NCBI GenBank assembly: GCA_009859145.1
Contig: VRVR01000021.1
Location: 20,001-268,000, forward strand
Source: Andalucia godoyi And28
Lineage: Eukaryota; Protista; Jakobida
DNA: 248,000 nucleotides
Reading direction: 5' to 3'
Under the pieces are notes generated by a model, which searched no databases, was not told where the DNA came from, and was given only the letters and a program-made list of their open reading frames with translations. Shown here piece by piece: positions 57,955-68,952 of this stretch. Both the position numbers and the translations under genes were made by a program. Each line of letters opens with the position of its first letter. Position 1 is the stretch's first letter.

Positions 57955-60597
57955 TCAGAGGTTCTGAAAGTCATCTTGCGTCGGGGAGAGCACGGTGGTT
58001 TGTGGCGAGGTTCGTGGTCGAGGGACAGTCGCAATGCTCTTGGTGTGGGTTGGAGACTCGGCAGAATGCTCCAGTGGTGGCAGTCTCCCTGGGCTCTGAA
58101 TCTTCTTCGCCAGGTCTGCTGTGGATCCAAAGATGTGGTACTCTTCTGCTAGGCGCTTCGTCAGAGAATCCGGACCTGTGTGCTTCTGCGGCAAATGGGA
58201 TCTCATCTTTCTGAAATCAACGCCAGTATGCTTCGGACGCGAACGCATATTGTCCATAAGCCGGTTGCACGACAGACAGCGTATCTGCTTGCGGCCAATC
58301 AAACCATCGTTTGTATCGCCGGACGGCAGTCGGGGAATGAACTGCGGTCTCTGCGGAGAGACAACTCGGGAGCCCCCTTGGTTCTCCGACTTGATCTTGT
58401 TAATCTGGCTTTGAAGGGTATTAAGAAGATCCAGCAGTTCGGCCCGATCCGATTTCTCATTCAGACGGTCGCTGAGTCGCACAACGATTTCCTTCTCCAA
58501 CGCAGCCACCTCATGACGCAGACGATCCGACGAGAGATCGACGTAGTCGCGATCGCATTTTCTCGCCACCGCAGTAACGTCTGCCTTTGTTCTGCCCAAT
58601 CCATCAATTCGGCTCGACAACAGATCCAAATCCATGCGCGTTACCCGCTCTTCGGGACTCATCGAATCACGCACAATCACGTTCGTGCTGTTGTTGTACA
58701 CAACCTTGGGAGCAACGATACTTGCAGCCACAGGCTCCGCAGGCGTCGTTGTAGGGGATGCGGCGGGTGGCATCGCTGCGGCGTTCTTGAGCATTTGCGA
58801 ATGCAAGGCAGCAATCTGCACCTGCAATGACTGCGTAATGTGGTTGAGACCTTGGATATCTCGCGCGTCGGTGCTATGTGCCATAGCATCCAACAAATCA
58901 CCAACTTGCTGTCGGAGCCAGCCGATTTCCTTGTCAACTACCTCACTGGACGACTCGAGTCTATCTGCTCGATTTGAGAGTTTCTGCCATTGTCCGCCAA
59001 AAGCTTCAAGCTCTTCTTGGACTGACGAAACAGCGCGTTCGAGCTTCGCTACCATTTGGTTCTGCCGTGCCAGCTGAGTCGCAAACTGATCCGTCGGAAC
59101 GAAGGCTCCAGAAGTCTGGAAGGCCCGCTCTTCGACAACCTTCACGTTCACCGTCATCGGGTTGACAAACGCAGCTGTAGCGGGGACGGGCGCTGCCTTG
59201 GAAGCGGCATCCAATCTTGGTGAAGAATGGAGAGGAGCTCCTCCCTTTGCAGACGCATCGTCAGCGGAAGCAGCGGAAATCTGGCGAACTTCAGAAATCT
59301 TCGTCCTGCTTCCATTGCGAGGAATGGCAGGCTCAACAGACCCTTCAGCGGAACCGGCTGCCGATTCGTTGGCAGAATGGGCGCGGAAGCGTTCTGTGGC
59401 AAAGACGATCTGGGCTTTCACATCCTCCATGACATCTACAGACAAGAGCTGATTCTCTGCAACACTGCGTTTGCGTTTCTTGTCTGTTTTCTCTGACGGT
59501 GGCATACTCTTGGCATTGTGTCGCGTTTCGAGCCGCTGAATCACGGCTGCAACACGGGTTCGATCAATGGGAATGCGCAAGTCATACACCCCGATGCGGA
59601 ACGAATCTGAAAAGTTCTTGCTGCGATCAGGATTGACATACAACAAACGATGCAAAGGGTCCGTAATGACAGCAGGAGTAGAGTAGAACACAGCGCCTGA
59701 AGTCAGCTGCTTCAAATGAGGGTCTTGCGAAATCTGTTCGCCTGGCAATGAGGCATCGAATTCTGCGAAGAGTGCTGGATCGACATCATCCTGGTTGTCC
59801 AGCGTTGACTGGATCCCTGGAAGCGAATGCAACACCACTACAAAGTGTACAAGTTCGGATTTCGGCAAATCCTCAAGCAGTGGCAAAACCCGCTCGGCTG
59901 CAGGCTTCATTGTGACGTCCACATGATCGGCAAATCGAGCCACCACAACCGGATTGTCATTCGACACCTTGTCTCTTGCAGAATCTTCCGAATTTCGGTG
60001 TTCCGTTGATGACCCTCCTGCTACAGATGCAGATGCAGCAGCAGCGGCGGCAGCTTCCGAGGCAATAGCCGACGTTTCCGCAGAGGCATCCTGCAAATCC
60101 TCTGTTACCTGGGCAATGTCCGAGAGGTCCTCTTTGAATGCCTCCATAATCTCTTTTAAATTCGCGACATCCGATTCCAGCTCCATAATACGAGCTTCAT
60201 AACTTCCCAACTGGTCTTTGCTTGCCTGCAGAGAAGCATCATCGTCGTCCTCCGTTGTCGCATTCTTCGATTCCGACGCTAGTGTTGATGCTGTTGCTGT
60301 TGTGGAGTAAACAAGCTTCTCCAAATTTTCGCGGCACATCGTCTCGCGCAAGAGCTGCAATTCGAGCTCATCCACCCGTTTCAGCAGTGCCTCGTGGTCT
60401 GAATGCGAGACCCCGGTCGCACTTTGTGGCTGCACATTCTTCAAGTCAGTAACATCGCATTCGGTAGCCGACATACGGCCTCCTAACCGGTTAACCGTGT
60501 CCACAATGCTCGACAGCACGTGCTGCAGGGGACTGAACTGTAACGAAATGAGCGTCGACAGATCAGGAAGTCCTTCTATGAGAACCGGTCCAGACAT
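57955..60597 (-). CDS. Coiled-coil protein with DUF4795/QRICH2-like RCLSC motif
   Basis: LGRTKAD..KSDRAEL..IRCLSCNR. Confidence 0.55.
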   Translation of the reverse strand: MSGPVLIEGLPDLSTLISLQFSPLQHVLSSIVDTVNRLGGRMSATECDVTDLKNVQPQSATGVSHSDHEALLKRVDELELQLLRETMCRENLEKLVYSTTATASTLASESKNATTEDDDDASLQASKDQLGSYEARIMELESDVANLKEIMEAFKEDLSDIAQVTEDLQDASAETSAIASEAAAAAAASASVAGGSSTEHRNSEDSARDKVSNDNPVVVARFADHVDVTMKPAAERVLPLLEDLPKSELVHFVVVLHSLPGIQSTLDNQDDVDPALFAEFDASLPGEQISQDPHLKQLTSGAVFYSTPAVITDPLHRLLYVNPDRSKNFSDSFRIGVYDLRIPIDRTRVAAVIQRLETRHNAKSMPPSEKTDKKRKRSVAENQLLSVDVMEDVKAQIVFATERFRAHSANESAAGSAEGSVEPAIPRNGSRTKISEVRQISAASADDASAKGGAPLHSSPRLDAASKAAPVPATAAFVNPMTVNVKVVEERAFQTSGAFVPTDQFATQLARQNQMVAKLERAVSSVQEELEAFGGQWQKLSNRADRLESSSEVVDKEIGWLRQQVGDLLDAMAHSTDARDIQGLNHITQSLQVQIAALHSQMLKNAAAMPPAASPTTTPAEPVAASIVAPKVVYNNSTNVIVRDSMSPEERVTRMDLDLLSSRIDGLGRTKADVTAVARKCDRDYVDLSSDRLRHEVAALEKEIVVRLSDRLNEKSDRAELLDLLNTLQSQINKIKSENQGGSRVVSPQRPQFIPRLPSGDTNDGLIGRKQIRCLSCNRLMDNMRSRPKHTGVDFRKMRSHLPQKHTGPDSLTKRLAEEYHIFGSTADLAKKIQSPGRLPPLEHSAESPTHTKSIATVPRPRTSPQTTVLSPTQDDFQNL

Positions 60598-60712
60598 CTT
60601 TCTTCCGACTTGCTTCCCTACGACGTTCTAAGCGTCCACAGCCCTTTATTTTTCCTTGAAACGTGTCGGCTGCACGCTACCCTATTCTTTTAAATTCTGC
60701 TTACCCTCAAAC

Positions 60713-60721
60713 AGCTACTAC

Positions 60722-60784
<63 letters not shown>
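60713..60784. repeat. (TAC)n microsatellite
   Basis: Direct reading. Confidence 0.95.
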
Positions 60785-60785
<1 letters not shown>

Positions 60786-61122
60786 ACCTGTAGCTGTAAT
60801 CTAGGTAACCTGCAACTCAACGCCCGCACACAAGCACAAGCACAAGCAGACACGGACTGAATGAATGAAGGAATGAATGAAGAAACGACGAAGCAGAAAC
60901 GTGCGGGTTGGGGTCTATTCACCAATACATGCGGGAAAAATCTCCCAAACGTCAATGCATCAATGCGTCAATCGTTCCGCAACGAGATTGATGCATTGAG
61001 TCTGCAAAAATGAGCAGCAGAACCAGCGACGGCGTTCGACATTTGACAATCCGAGTTTCTTACGTAAAGTCGGACTATGTGTCTTGACAGTTTCTTTGTG
61101 ATTAATTAATTCTCGTGACTTT

Positions 61123-61162
<40 letters not shown>

Positions 61163-61271
61163 TTCCCCAGATAGTTTATTCATTGCGACTCACAGATTCA
61201 GAGGGCGATAGTGGAGACTGCACGCAGAGGGAAACGAGCTGGAATTGTGTGTGTGTGTGTGTGTGTGGAGG

Positions 61272-62714
61272 ATGCAGTCGTTGGTCGATGGAGGGTCGCC
61301 GCTTGCGGGTTCGATTGGATCATCTGTAGAGCTTGCGACTGTGTGGTGCTCGCATTCTTCGAACCAGTCGAGCTCGAATGCACTGACGAGTTCGTCGAGC
61401 TCTCCGGAGCAAGAGGAGGAGCTTCGAATCGAGTCTGCAATGGAAGACGAGATCGTGTGTGATGTTGGCATGCGCATTGGTGTTGGGCTGGCAAATGATC
61501 GAGATGTTCTGGCTGGATTCAAACCTTTTCGGTACCGCGTCGCATGCATTGCGTGCCGGTCTTCGAAACGGAAGTGCGATGGTCTGCTTCCTTGCGCGCG
61601 GTGCGTCGCCAAAGGAGTTTCGCATTGCTGTGCATATGAACAGCACCACGAAAAGAAGCAGAAGGCGCAGTCGGAATTGGAGCAGACAAGGACAGGAGAG
61701 GATACTAGTGCTGTCTATGTTCAACGCAAGAAACGGACAATCCGTACGCATAGTGGAGAAGAATACCCAGAAGGTGCATTTATGGGTGCGTTGCATACAA
61801 GAAATATCAGTCAGATGAATCCCGTTCTCCACGGTGCTCACATACTGCATTCGTTGACTGGGAACCGGAACGCCAGCGCGAATTTGAGCTCCATCGCTCC
61901 AAATAGTGATCAGTTTTCGGCAGCGTGCAGCTGTCTGTCTGTGCTGCACATGCTTGCAGGGGCAGAGCCATCGAGCCAGATGCAGTACCAACGAGACGAG
62001 CGGTCCTTCTCGTCGATGGCAATTGCAATTGGACAGCAGGCTGCTGCTCCAGACTATGGAAGCATTTTGCCGGTTCAAGACCCGCGATACTGCCCACCCG
62101 TCGCAAGTGACTTGGTTCTCTGGCAAAAGATTCAAGATACCCTGGACAACTGCTCGTCGCTGTTTCGAAAATCCCCGTATTGGGAGTTCATCAACCGATG
62201 TCGACACCTTGTGACGGATGACCTGCTCGAGGTGCGTGAGCTGTTCCGACAGCACATTGATCCGCATCCTGCGGTTATCGAATACGTCCAGCAGCCTCCC
62301 GAGAAAATTGCCGAGCATGATTGGTTTTTCAGAACGCAACTGCAGCGATCGATGGCAATCGTGGATCAGTTCCCTTTTCCTTGTTTGCTCTTTGGAAATA
62401 AGAGCTTGGTTGTTCACGCCAATTCCCATTTCCTCTCGGTCTCAAAGTGGACGATGGAGGAAATGCTGTCGGAAGGATTCCTGGCGAGCTGGACCCTGGA
62501 AGACGACTGTCTTCCCTTCGTGTTGAAGCAAACCTCGAGAGCCTTTATTTCCGTTGCTGGTTACGAATTCGCCTTTGCCATCCCGCATGTGCGCATCCGT
62601 AGAAAGGACGGTAAACGCGTCGAGTACTGTGCGTCGCTTGCGAAGGTGTTCGACACGAACCACCTCAGCATTCTCAATATCGGCATGTTCCTACCAATGC
62701 AATCGCAGGCGTAA
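61272..62714 (+). CDS. Zn(II)2Cys6 transcription factor with C-terminal PAS-like domain, paralog 1
   Basis: ACIACRSSKRKCDGLLPCARC..CCAY; FPCLL..VHANSHFLSVSKWTMEEM PAS-like. Confidence 0.85.
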   Translation: MQSLVDGGSPLAGSIGSSVELATVWCSHSSNQSSSNALTSSSSSPEQEEELRIESAMEDEIVCDVGMRIGVGLANDRDVLAGFKPFRYRVACIACRSSKRKCDGLLPCARCVAKGVSHCCAYEQHHEKKQKAQSELEQTRTGEDTSAVYVQRKKRTIRTHSGEEYPEGAFMGALHTRNISQMNPVLHGAHILHSLTGNRNASANLSSIAPNSDQFSAACSCLSVLHMLAGAEPSSQMQYQRDERSFSSMAIAIGQQAAAPDYGSILPVQDPRYCPPVASDLVLWQKIQDTLDNCSSLFRKSPYWEFINRCRHLVTDDLLEVRELFRQHIDPHPAVIEYVQQPPEKIAEHDWFFRTQLQRSMAIVDQFPFPCLLFGNKSLVVHANSHFLSVSKWTMEEMLSEGFLASWTLEDDCLPFVLKQTSRAFISVAGYEFAFAIPHVRIRRKDGKRVEYCASLAKVFDTNHLSILNIGMFLPMQSQA

Positions 62715-63008
62715 CAGACTGTGCGGCTCCATTGCACGGTACCCGCGTTTCTTCTGGAATCTCGGAATTTGAATTGCACAGAGGCAGCCAATGAGCTATC
62801 ATCCTTTGCTTCCCTCCTCCATTCTCTGTCCTTCCTGGAGACCCGCGACTCGGTGTCATTCGACTCGTTTTGACAAGCTCGAAATGCACAACCGACATCG
62901 CAGCAAACGACTTTCACATTTGGACCTTTGAATGCTCCGATGACGATCTACCTGGACATTTTGTCGACTTTTTCTGCTGCGATGCTTCTGCTTTTTTGTT
63001 GATGGTGA

Positions 63009-63325
63009 CCGCTCGCCAAAACATGAATCATTATCGATCATCATCAGCTAAACTGTCACCGAAGACAGATCCAAGCCACATGTTTTTTTGCTTTCATTTG
63101 GGGGCGAGCACCAGCTCTTCAATGCAGATTGCTGCGCATCAAAGGGTCATCGCTTCTTCTTGCAGCTCTCCGCCTCCGACGATAGGAGATCACCGGGTGT
63201 CTTGGTTCTCGGTGTCTTCAAGCATGGCTGGCGTGGGTTTGTTGGGAAGATTCCCTCTTTGAAGCCATGAGATGCTTTGGGTTCCGATAAACAAACTTCT
63301 AGTATGATATTGTTTGATGTTCATA
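63009..63325 (+). mobile_element. MITE-like element family C copy 1
   Basis: CCGCTCGCCAAAACATGAATCATTATCGATC left end; interior shared with the 112.4, 137.3, 190.0, 205.4 and 239.1 kb copies. Confidence 0.75.
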
Positions 63326-63508
63326 CACACTGTTGGAAGACATATTAATTTTTAAAATATAAAAAAGAACCAAATGAGATGCAAAATTCGGAATCCCGTG
63401 GGGAAAAATGCATCTCGAAGCGAGCGCGGTTAAAGCCAAGACATTTTGACATCTCTTCCATGACGCTCAGAAGATGATGGGGCTTCCTCTGGAAAGATCG
63501 AGTAAATC

Positions 63509-63991
63509 GTGGACGCCTCTACTCCGTTGAATCCATTCGAAAGTACCTCGCAGGCCGCTCCGTCACCACTGCCACGGGAAAAAAGAATGCAAAGAGAAGA
63601 CGATCTGTTGCGCGAGAGTTCTCCAGCGATCATCAACGGCCCGATCTCGAAACGACAAGTCCAAGACCCTTCAAACGACAGTATCGCGTTCGGGATCAGC
63701 TTCAACCGCCCCGGTCTTAAAGACGATGGCGGAGCGGAAACGTCGAAGAAGCTGTGGTTGTCCACAAAGACTGTGTCGCTCGATTCGGATTGGAGCTCCT
63801 TAGCTGGATTTTTCCAAGCGTTTGCTGTTCGACTCGCGATCATTCACACGGACACGACGAGCAATCTTAACCGGATACGACGTTTTCGCCAGCATCTGAT
63901 AACCAAAGCTGCTGAATACGAAGATGCTGTAGTCCACGACGAAGAAACTGGAGAGTACAAAAAACACTGTGGAGTTCGAAATGGATCGTGA
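63509..63991 (+). CDS. Hypothetical protein
   Basis: 160 aa ORF between the paralogs. Confidence 0.45.
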   Translation: MDASTPLNPFESTSQAAPSPLPREKRMQREDDLLRESSPAIINGPISKRQVQDPSNDSIAFGISFNRPGLKDDGGAETSKKLWLSTKTVSLDSDWSSLAGFFQAFAVRLAIIHTDTTSNLNRIRRFRQHLITKAAEYEDAVVHDEETGEYKKHCGVRNGS

Positions 63992-64460
63992 TTGGCTTTG
64001 GTTCTTGAAATATATATGTTTTGAAGCAAAATTCAATCGTATTGATTAAGCGAAGTGCGCAATGGCTGCCTCGGCGCTTCTCCCTTTAGGGAGTTGTAAG
64101 CATAAATCTCATGAAAGCGAGGCGAGTGTTGTTGCCAGTACTGATCAATATTGATTAGTAGTATTGGAACGAGGCGACGTGACCATAGTCCACCTAAAAA
64201 AAAGTCTCTTGTCGGAAGATTCTTGCTGCTGACGATCCCGAGCCGCAAAAACCCGCGACGTTGCCGTATGCAGAACAAGTATTTGTTCCGTTCTCCCGCA
64301 CATTCAGCTTTCTTCTCTTTCTTTCCTTCCTTTCAGCGTTTTCTTTCAAGTATTATTGTTTTATACATATATTGTAGGAACTTACTTTTCAGGTCGATCT
64401 ACTTCTGCGCTTTCGTTTTCCATTCTGGGGCGCCGGCTGTCCAAGAGGCCTTGTAGTGCA

Positions 64461-64462
<2 letters not shown>

Positions 64463-64546
<84 letters not shown>
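64463..64546. repeat. (GT)n microsatellite
   Basis: Direct reading. Confidence 0.95.
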
Positions 64547-64549
<3 letters not shown>

Positions 64550-64627
64550 TGGTGGTGGTTTTGGAGTCCGGTTTTCTTTTCTTTTCTTTTCTTTTTTCGG
64601 AATCCGTATGTTTTAGAGTTGGTAAAC

Positions 64628-66106
64628 ATGAGTCTGAGCCAGTCGCCGGGAGAATGTTCGTTACCGCTGTCGCATCTATCGCTGGAGAACCTGTTTGCTG
64701 ATGTGGAAGAAGTCATTACGCCTCTTGAACTTCGCAGGTTTCGACCTGCTCCATTTCCCGTTCAAGAAGCGTCTGCAGAGAATTTGGAGTCGTCTCCGGG
64801 AGATTCTGATTTTCCTTTTGCGGCCCCTTCTGCAAGTGCATCGCCGCCCTTGGACACGTCTGTGCAGCAGCGGCAGCAGTCGTTGACAACGACGTCCGCT
64901 CAACTTGGTCAGGATGCGGGCTCTCCGGATGAGAACAGCATTGGCATGTTCCACAGGTTTCGAGCTTCTGTTGCTTGCACCAACTGCAGGCTTGCCAAGC
65001 GCAAGTGCGATGGATTGCTGCCGTGTTCGCGGTGTGTGGATAGGCAGTTGGGGGATCTGTGCCGATATGACGCGGATACCTTGGAAACGGTAAATCGATT
65101 TAGCAAGCGTCCTAAAAAGCCGTTGAAGTCGAGCACCATGACTTCTGCAGCGCCGGGTCGTCTCCCTGCCGCTCAGGAGATATCAAGCAGGCAAGTTAGA
65201 GGAGATTCGGTCTTTGTTCGAGAAATCCCCGTGCATGACCCAGTGCTTCAAGGGATCCAAATCTATCAGTCCTTGCCTGTGGCAGAATCTGGCAGCCCGG
65301 TTCTCCGAGGGGTGTCTGCAGACGGAATGTTGGCAATTTGCAGCTGCCTGTCTGCTGTGGATACGCTGGCAGGTGCAGATCCCTCTGGCGCGATTCCGTA
65401 TCGCAAGTCCGTGGATGGGTTCATGTCCATTGTGCGTGGCCTCTCTGCTCATGTCAAGTTGCCAAATGATGCCTTGAGCCCCTTCCCAGCTGATCAAGAG
65501 TTTCAGCGATCGCTGCATGCTCTTCTGGATCGTTCGTCGGATACCTTCAAGATGTCTCCGTACTATGAGTTCATGCAGCGCTGTCCGCATCTTGTCACTC
65601 CAGATTTTGTCGGGGTATTCGATTTCTTTTCAAAGTATGTAGATCCGCATAAGGACATCCTGAATCATTTGAATACTCCGCCATCCCAGGTGGCGCAGCG
65701 CGATTGGTTTTTCAGTGCACAGTTTGACAGAGCTCGTCAGTTTGTCGATCGGTTCCCTTATCCATGCATGCTCTCAGGGCATCGCAATTCGATCATTCAC
65801 GTGAACGCTCCGTTTCTTGCGGTGTCGATGTGGACTAGGGAACAATTACTGTCCAAGAATCTTTTAGCCTCATGGCTGGTTGACGATGAGTGCATGCCTT
65901 CCATTCTCAAAGTTTCCCAGAAAGCGCTGTTGTCGCTGGACGGCTATGAAATCGCGTATTCTATCCCGAATGTCCGTCTTCGCAGAAGAGATGGCAAGCA
66001 AGTCACATACTGTGCAGCGGTTGCGAAAATTTTTGATTCTCGCAATTTGAACTTGTTGTACATGGATATGTTCATTCCCATGGACGCTGTACAGGGGAAT
66101 GCGTAG
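64628..66106 (+). CDS. Zn(II)2Cys6 + PAS-like transcription factor, paralog 2
   Basis: ACTNCRLAKRKCDGLLPCSRC..LCRY; collinear with paralog 1. Confidence 0.85.
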   Translation: MSLSQSPGECSLPLSHLSLENLFADVEEVITPLELRRFRPAPFPVQEASAENLESSPGDSDFPFAAPSASASPPLDTSVQQRQQSLTTTSAQLGQDAGSPDENSIGMFHRFRASVACTNCRLAKRKCDGLLPCSRCVDRQLGDLCRYDADTLETVNRFSKRPKKPLKSSTMTSAAPGRLPAAQEISSRQVRGDSVFVREIPVHDPVLQGIQIYQSLPVAESGSPVLRGVSADGMLAICSCLSAVDTLAGADPSGAIPYRKSVDGFMSIVRGLSAHVKLPNDALSPFPADQEFQRSLHALLDRSSDTFKMSPYYEFMQRCPHLVTPDFVGVFDFFSKYVDPHKDILNHLNTPPSQVAQRDWFFSAQFDRARQFVDRFPYPCMLSGHRNSIIHVNAPFLAVSMWTREQLLSKNLLASWLVDDECMPSILKVSQKALLSLDGYEIAYSIPNVRLRRRDGKQVTYCAAVAKIFDSRNLNLLYMDMFIPMDAVQGNA

Positions 66107-66305
66107 AAATGGGAGGAAGCATTGCCAGGCTAAGTCCTGAGTTCTTGCCACAATACAAGCCACCCCCATCGTGTAAATATTTGATACTGAAGCGCAAACA
66201 TTTCATTTACTCTCTCGCATCTCGGCACAGTTCCTGTTCCAAACAGTATGCCAAAGAAACATCTCATCCAGAAAGAAGAAAGAAGCTGCGGAGCTCGGAT
66301 TGGAT

Positions 66306-67382
66306 TCAAACGCTGTCCTTCTGCACAAACTTGTTGAGCTTCTCAAACTGCTGCGTCCATCCAGCCGTGCACACCGTGCGAAACTCGTCGGACACTGAAC
66401 CAGTGGTTGTCCGCAGCGTCATCTTGGTCTTCTTGCCCTCCTCAACAGGCTCAAACGTCACCGTCACAAGAGACTCTTCGGGGAATCCTTCTGGAATGCC
66501 ATACTTTTGGGGAGAAACACGATTACCGGCTTCGTCAGTGAAGTAGGACGTCGAGACGATCTTCTGGTTGGGCACAATCTCCCGATACATCCCGCCGCAC
66601 CAGTTGCGGTATCCTGCATAGCACCCGGCATCCGGCAGGCCCTCCATGCACAAATGGGTTACCCCGCCGACTCTGAAATCCATGTTGCACAAAGGGACAT
66701 GGAACGCATCCGGTCCCCACCATTGCTTGACTTGCTCGGCAGATGACCATGCCTGGAACACACTTGAAGGCGGCGCATCGACCGTGCGCTCAATAACGAG
66801 CTCACGTCCCTGTCCAAAAGGCAGCGGTTCCGAACTGTCGCCTGCAGCGCCATTCTTCTTGTCAAAGAACGCCACAAGCTTGTCCAGCATCTTTTCCGAG
66901 CATTCCTTGCATTGCACGTAGTATCCCTTGGGAACGGTGCCGACCTTGTGAACGTGATGCACGAGGGTTTTGGCCGATCCATCGCCAACAGGAGTGAAGG
67001 TGATCGTAACCAATGCTTCCGGCGCAATCGTTTCAGGGAGCCCATATGTGGAAAACGGAACCGTGTTTCCCTTCTCGTCTGCGAACGCATCGATGTAAGC
67101 CACAGTCTTTCCCGGCACAAGCTCGGTGTACGTGCCTTTTCCATAGCACTCGAAGGCCGGTGGGCCTGTGCACTTCATGTGATAGAAGAACCGCCCACCC
67201 GGAACGCGAGCATCGAAAGCCAGAAAGTTCAAGGTTGACGTCTCAAACAAGAACCACTGCACAAATGTGTCCTTCTTGGTGTACGCGTCGTACACCTCGA
67301 GTGGAGTCGCGTTCACCGTGCGGTCCACAACGATGTCTTCGGTAGACAGCGCGTCCTGATCAGCACTACTTCCACACTGCAT
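66306..67382 (-). CDS. Tandem SRPBCC/AHSA1-START domain protein, bacterial type
   Basis: Two repeats: ERTVDAPPSSVFQAW..WWGP..DFRVGG..YREIVPNQKIV..GW..QFEKL. Confidence 0.85.
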   Translation of the reverse strand: MQCGSSADQDALSTEDIVVDRTVNATPLEVYDAYTKKDTFVQWFLFETSTLNFLAFDARVPGGRFFYHMKCTGPPAFECYGKGTYTELVPGKTVAYIDAFADEKGNTVPFSTYGLPETIAPEALVTITFTPVGDGSAKTLVHHVHKVGTVPKGYYVQCKECSEKMLDKLVAFFDKKNGAAGDSSEPLPFGQGRELVIERTVDAPPSSVFQAWSSAEQVKQWWGPDAFHVPLCNMDFRVGGVTHLCMEGLPDAGCYAGYRNWCGGMYREIVPNQKIVSTSYFTDEAGNRVSPQKYGIPEGFPEESLVTVTFEPVEEGKKTKMTLRTTTGSVSDEFRTVCTAGWTQQFEKLNKFVQKDSV

Positions 67383-67918
67383 TGCAATTTTTTTTACTAC
67401 GATAACTCCTCAGATTCTGTCGAGCAAAAAGAATGAAGGGAGCGGAGAAAAGAAGAAGAAGAAGAAGAAACGAAAGAAAGCAAAGCAAAAAGGTACATAC
67501 GTGTTGCAGCTTTTGTTTCCACTGTCTGAAACTTTCTGCTGTGCTTGCCGCAACATGTCGTTTTTATCTTCTGCACACACACACTCACATGCGCATTTTG
67601 TCGTCGAGTGGATTTCTATTCTGCACAGATGCGTGACGTGTCGGGGAATTCGCGATCCCAAAAATGGGATTTCCGCTCCGCCTGCCCGATATGCTGCTGC
67701 CTTCCACTTCCCCGAATCTTTTAGAGTCGTTTAATCTGTTGTAGCTGGCGAGTCACAATGGAGGAAATTGAGAACGCCCAACATGCAGATAGGCCGTACG
67801 CAGCATTCAATCGTTATCTCGTTGCCCCAGGCCGAAGAACCCGCCCCCCAAGCAGTCCCCGCCTGTTTTTTTGTTTTCTGTCCTCATTCTTAGTGTGCTT
67901 GTTTTGCGTGTTTGCATG

Positions 67919-67964
<46 letters not shown>

Positions 67965-68044
67965 TTGTTTTTGGTTTATTTTTTATTTTAAATTAGTAAT
68001 ACTAACAAAGAAGGAGTAGTAGTAGTAGCGGCAGTACGTATTAA

Positions 68045-68584
68045 GTGATGTCATCGTCTTCCAGCACGCGAGTCGCCAAGAACGACTTTTCGTATACGCC
68101 GCGGTCTCGCATTCGAGCAAAGAAGCCCAAGTTTGAGCTTTCGGAGGAGCAGAAGCAAGAGATTCGCGAGGCGTTTGATCTGTTTGATACTGAAAAGACG
68201 GGGCGCATTGATGCGCATGAGATGAAAGTGGCGATGCGAGCTCTCGGATTTGATGTCAAGAAGGAGCAAGTGCTGAAGCTTATGGAGGAGTTTGACCGCG
68301 ATGGGACTGGGTCGATTGAGTTTTCGGACTTCCTGGAAATCATGACTGAGAAAATAGCACAGCGGGATCCGAACGAAGAGGTGCTGAAGGCTTTCCGCCT
68401 CTTTGACGACGACGGCACGGGGCGCATTTCGCTCAAGAACCTTCGTCGAGTCGCGAGAGAACTCGGGGAAAACATGACCGATGAAGAGCTCCAGGCGATG
68501 ATCGACGAGTTTGACAAGGATGGCGACGGCGAGATCTCTGCAGACGAGTTCCACGCAATCATGACTTCTTCCGACGACTTTTAA
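68045..68584 (+). CDS. CETN: Centrin (caltractin)
   Basis: [42 protein letters not shown]. Confidence 0.96.
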   Translation: MMSSSSSTRVAKNDFSYTPRSRIRAKKPKFELSEEQKQEIREAFDLFDTEKTGRIDAHEMKVAMRALGFDVKKEQVLKLMEEFDRDGTGSIEFSDFLEIMTEKIAQRDPNEEVLKAFRLFDDDGTGRISLKNLRRVARELGENMTDEELQAMIDEFDKDGDGEISADEFHAIMTSSDDF

Positions 68585-68952
68585 AGCCGGGGAGAAGACG
68601 ACTGACAAGCAGATAGCAGTTGTTATGCAACGACGACAGAAGGAGGGGCGAATAAGAAAAATGTAGTTGTGGAGGTTTTGAGTCGTGGAAAGCATAAAAC
68701 TTGTGAATTCATATGAAATGCAGCCTCTGCGTGGCGTCCATTGATTCCAGATTCCAAATGTCGGAACAACACACACACACACACACACACACACAGAAGG
68801 TCCAAGGACAAGGAGGTGCGTGGCGAACTTGAGGTGGGTCTCTACTTTCCAGATGCCTTCCTTCTGGAGTTGTTTTCGGAAACTTGGCTTTTTTCCACAA
68901 GAACACCAGGAACAATTTTATTCAAACAAGCAGAATTGAAAGTAAGTCTCGG

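Noticed and set aside
62870-63270. Repeated 'MNHYRSSSAKLSPKTDPSHM' ORFs (also 112409, 137486, 190023)
   Set aside because: Shadow ORFs of family C repeats; frames break between copies and indels are not in multiples of three
64356-64716. Poly-CV/poly-HT, poly-RE, poly-SL, poly-Y and poly-I ORFs at microsatellites (also 60663, 133770, 134017, 194650, 237111)
   Set aside because: Translations of (GT)n, (AG)n, (CT)n, (TAC)n and (TAA)n tracts, not genes; start codons were moved downstream accordingly
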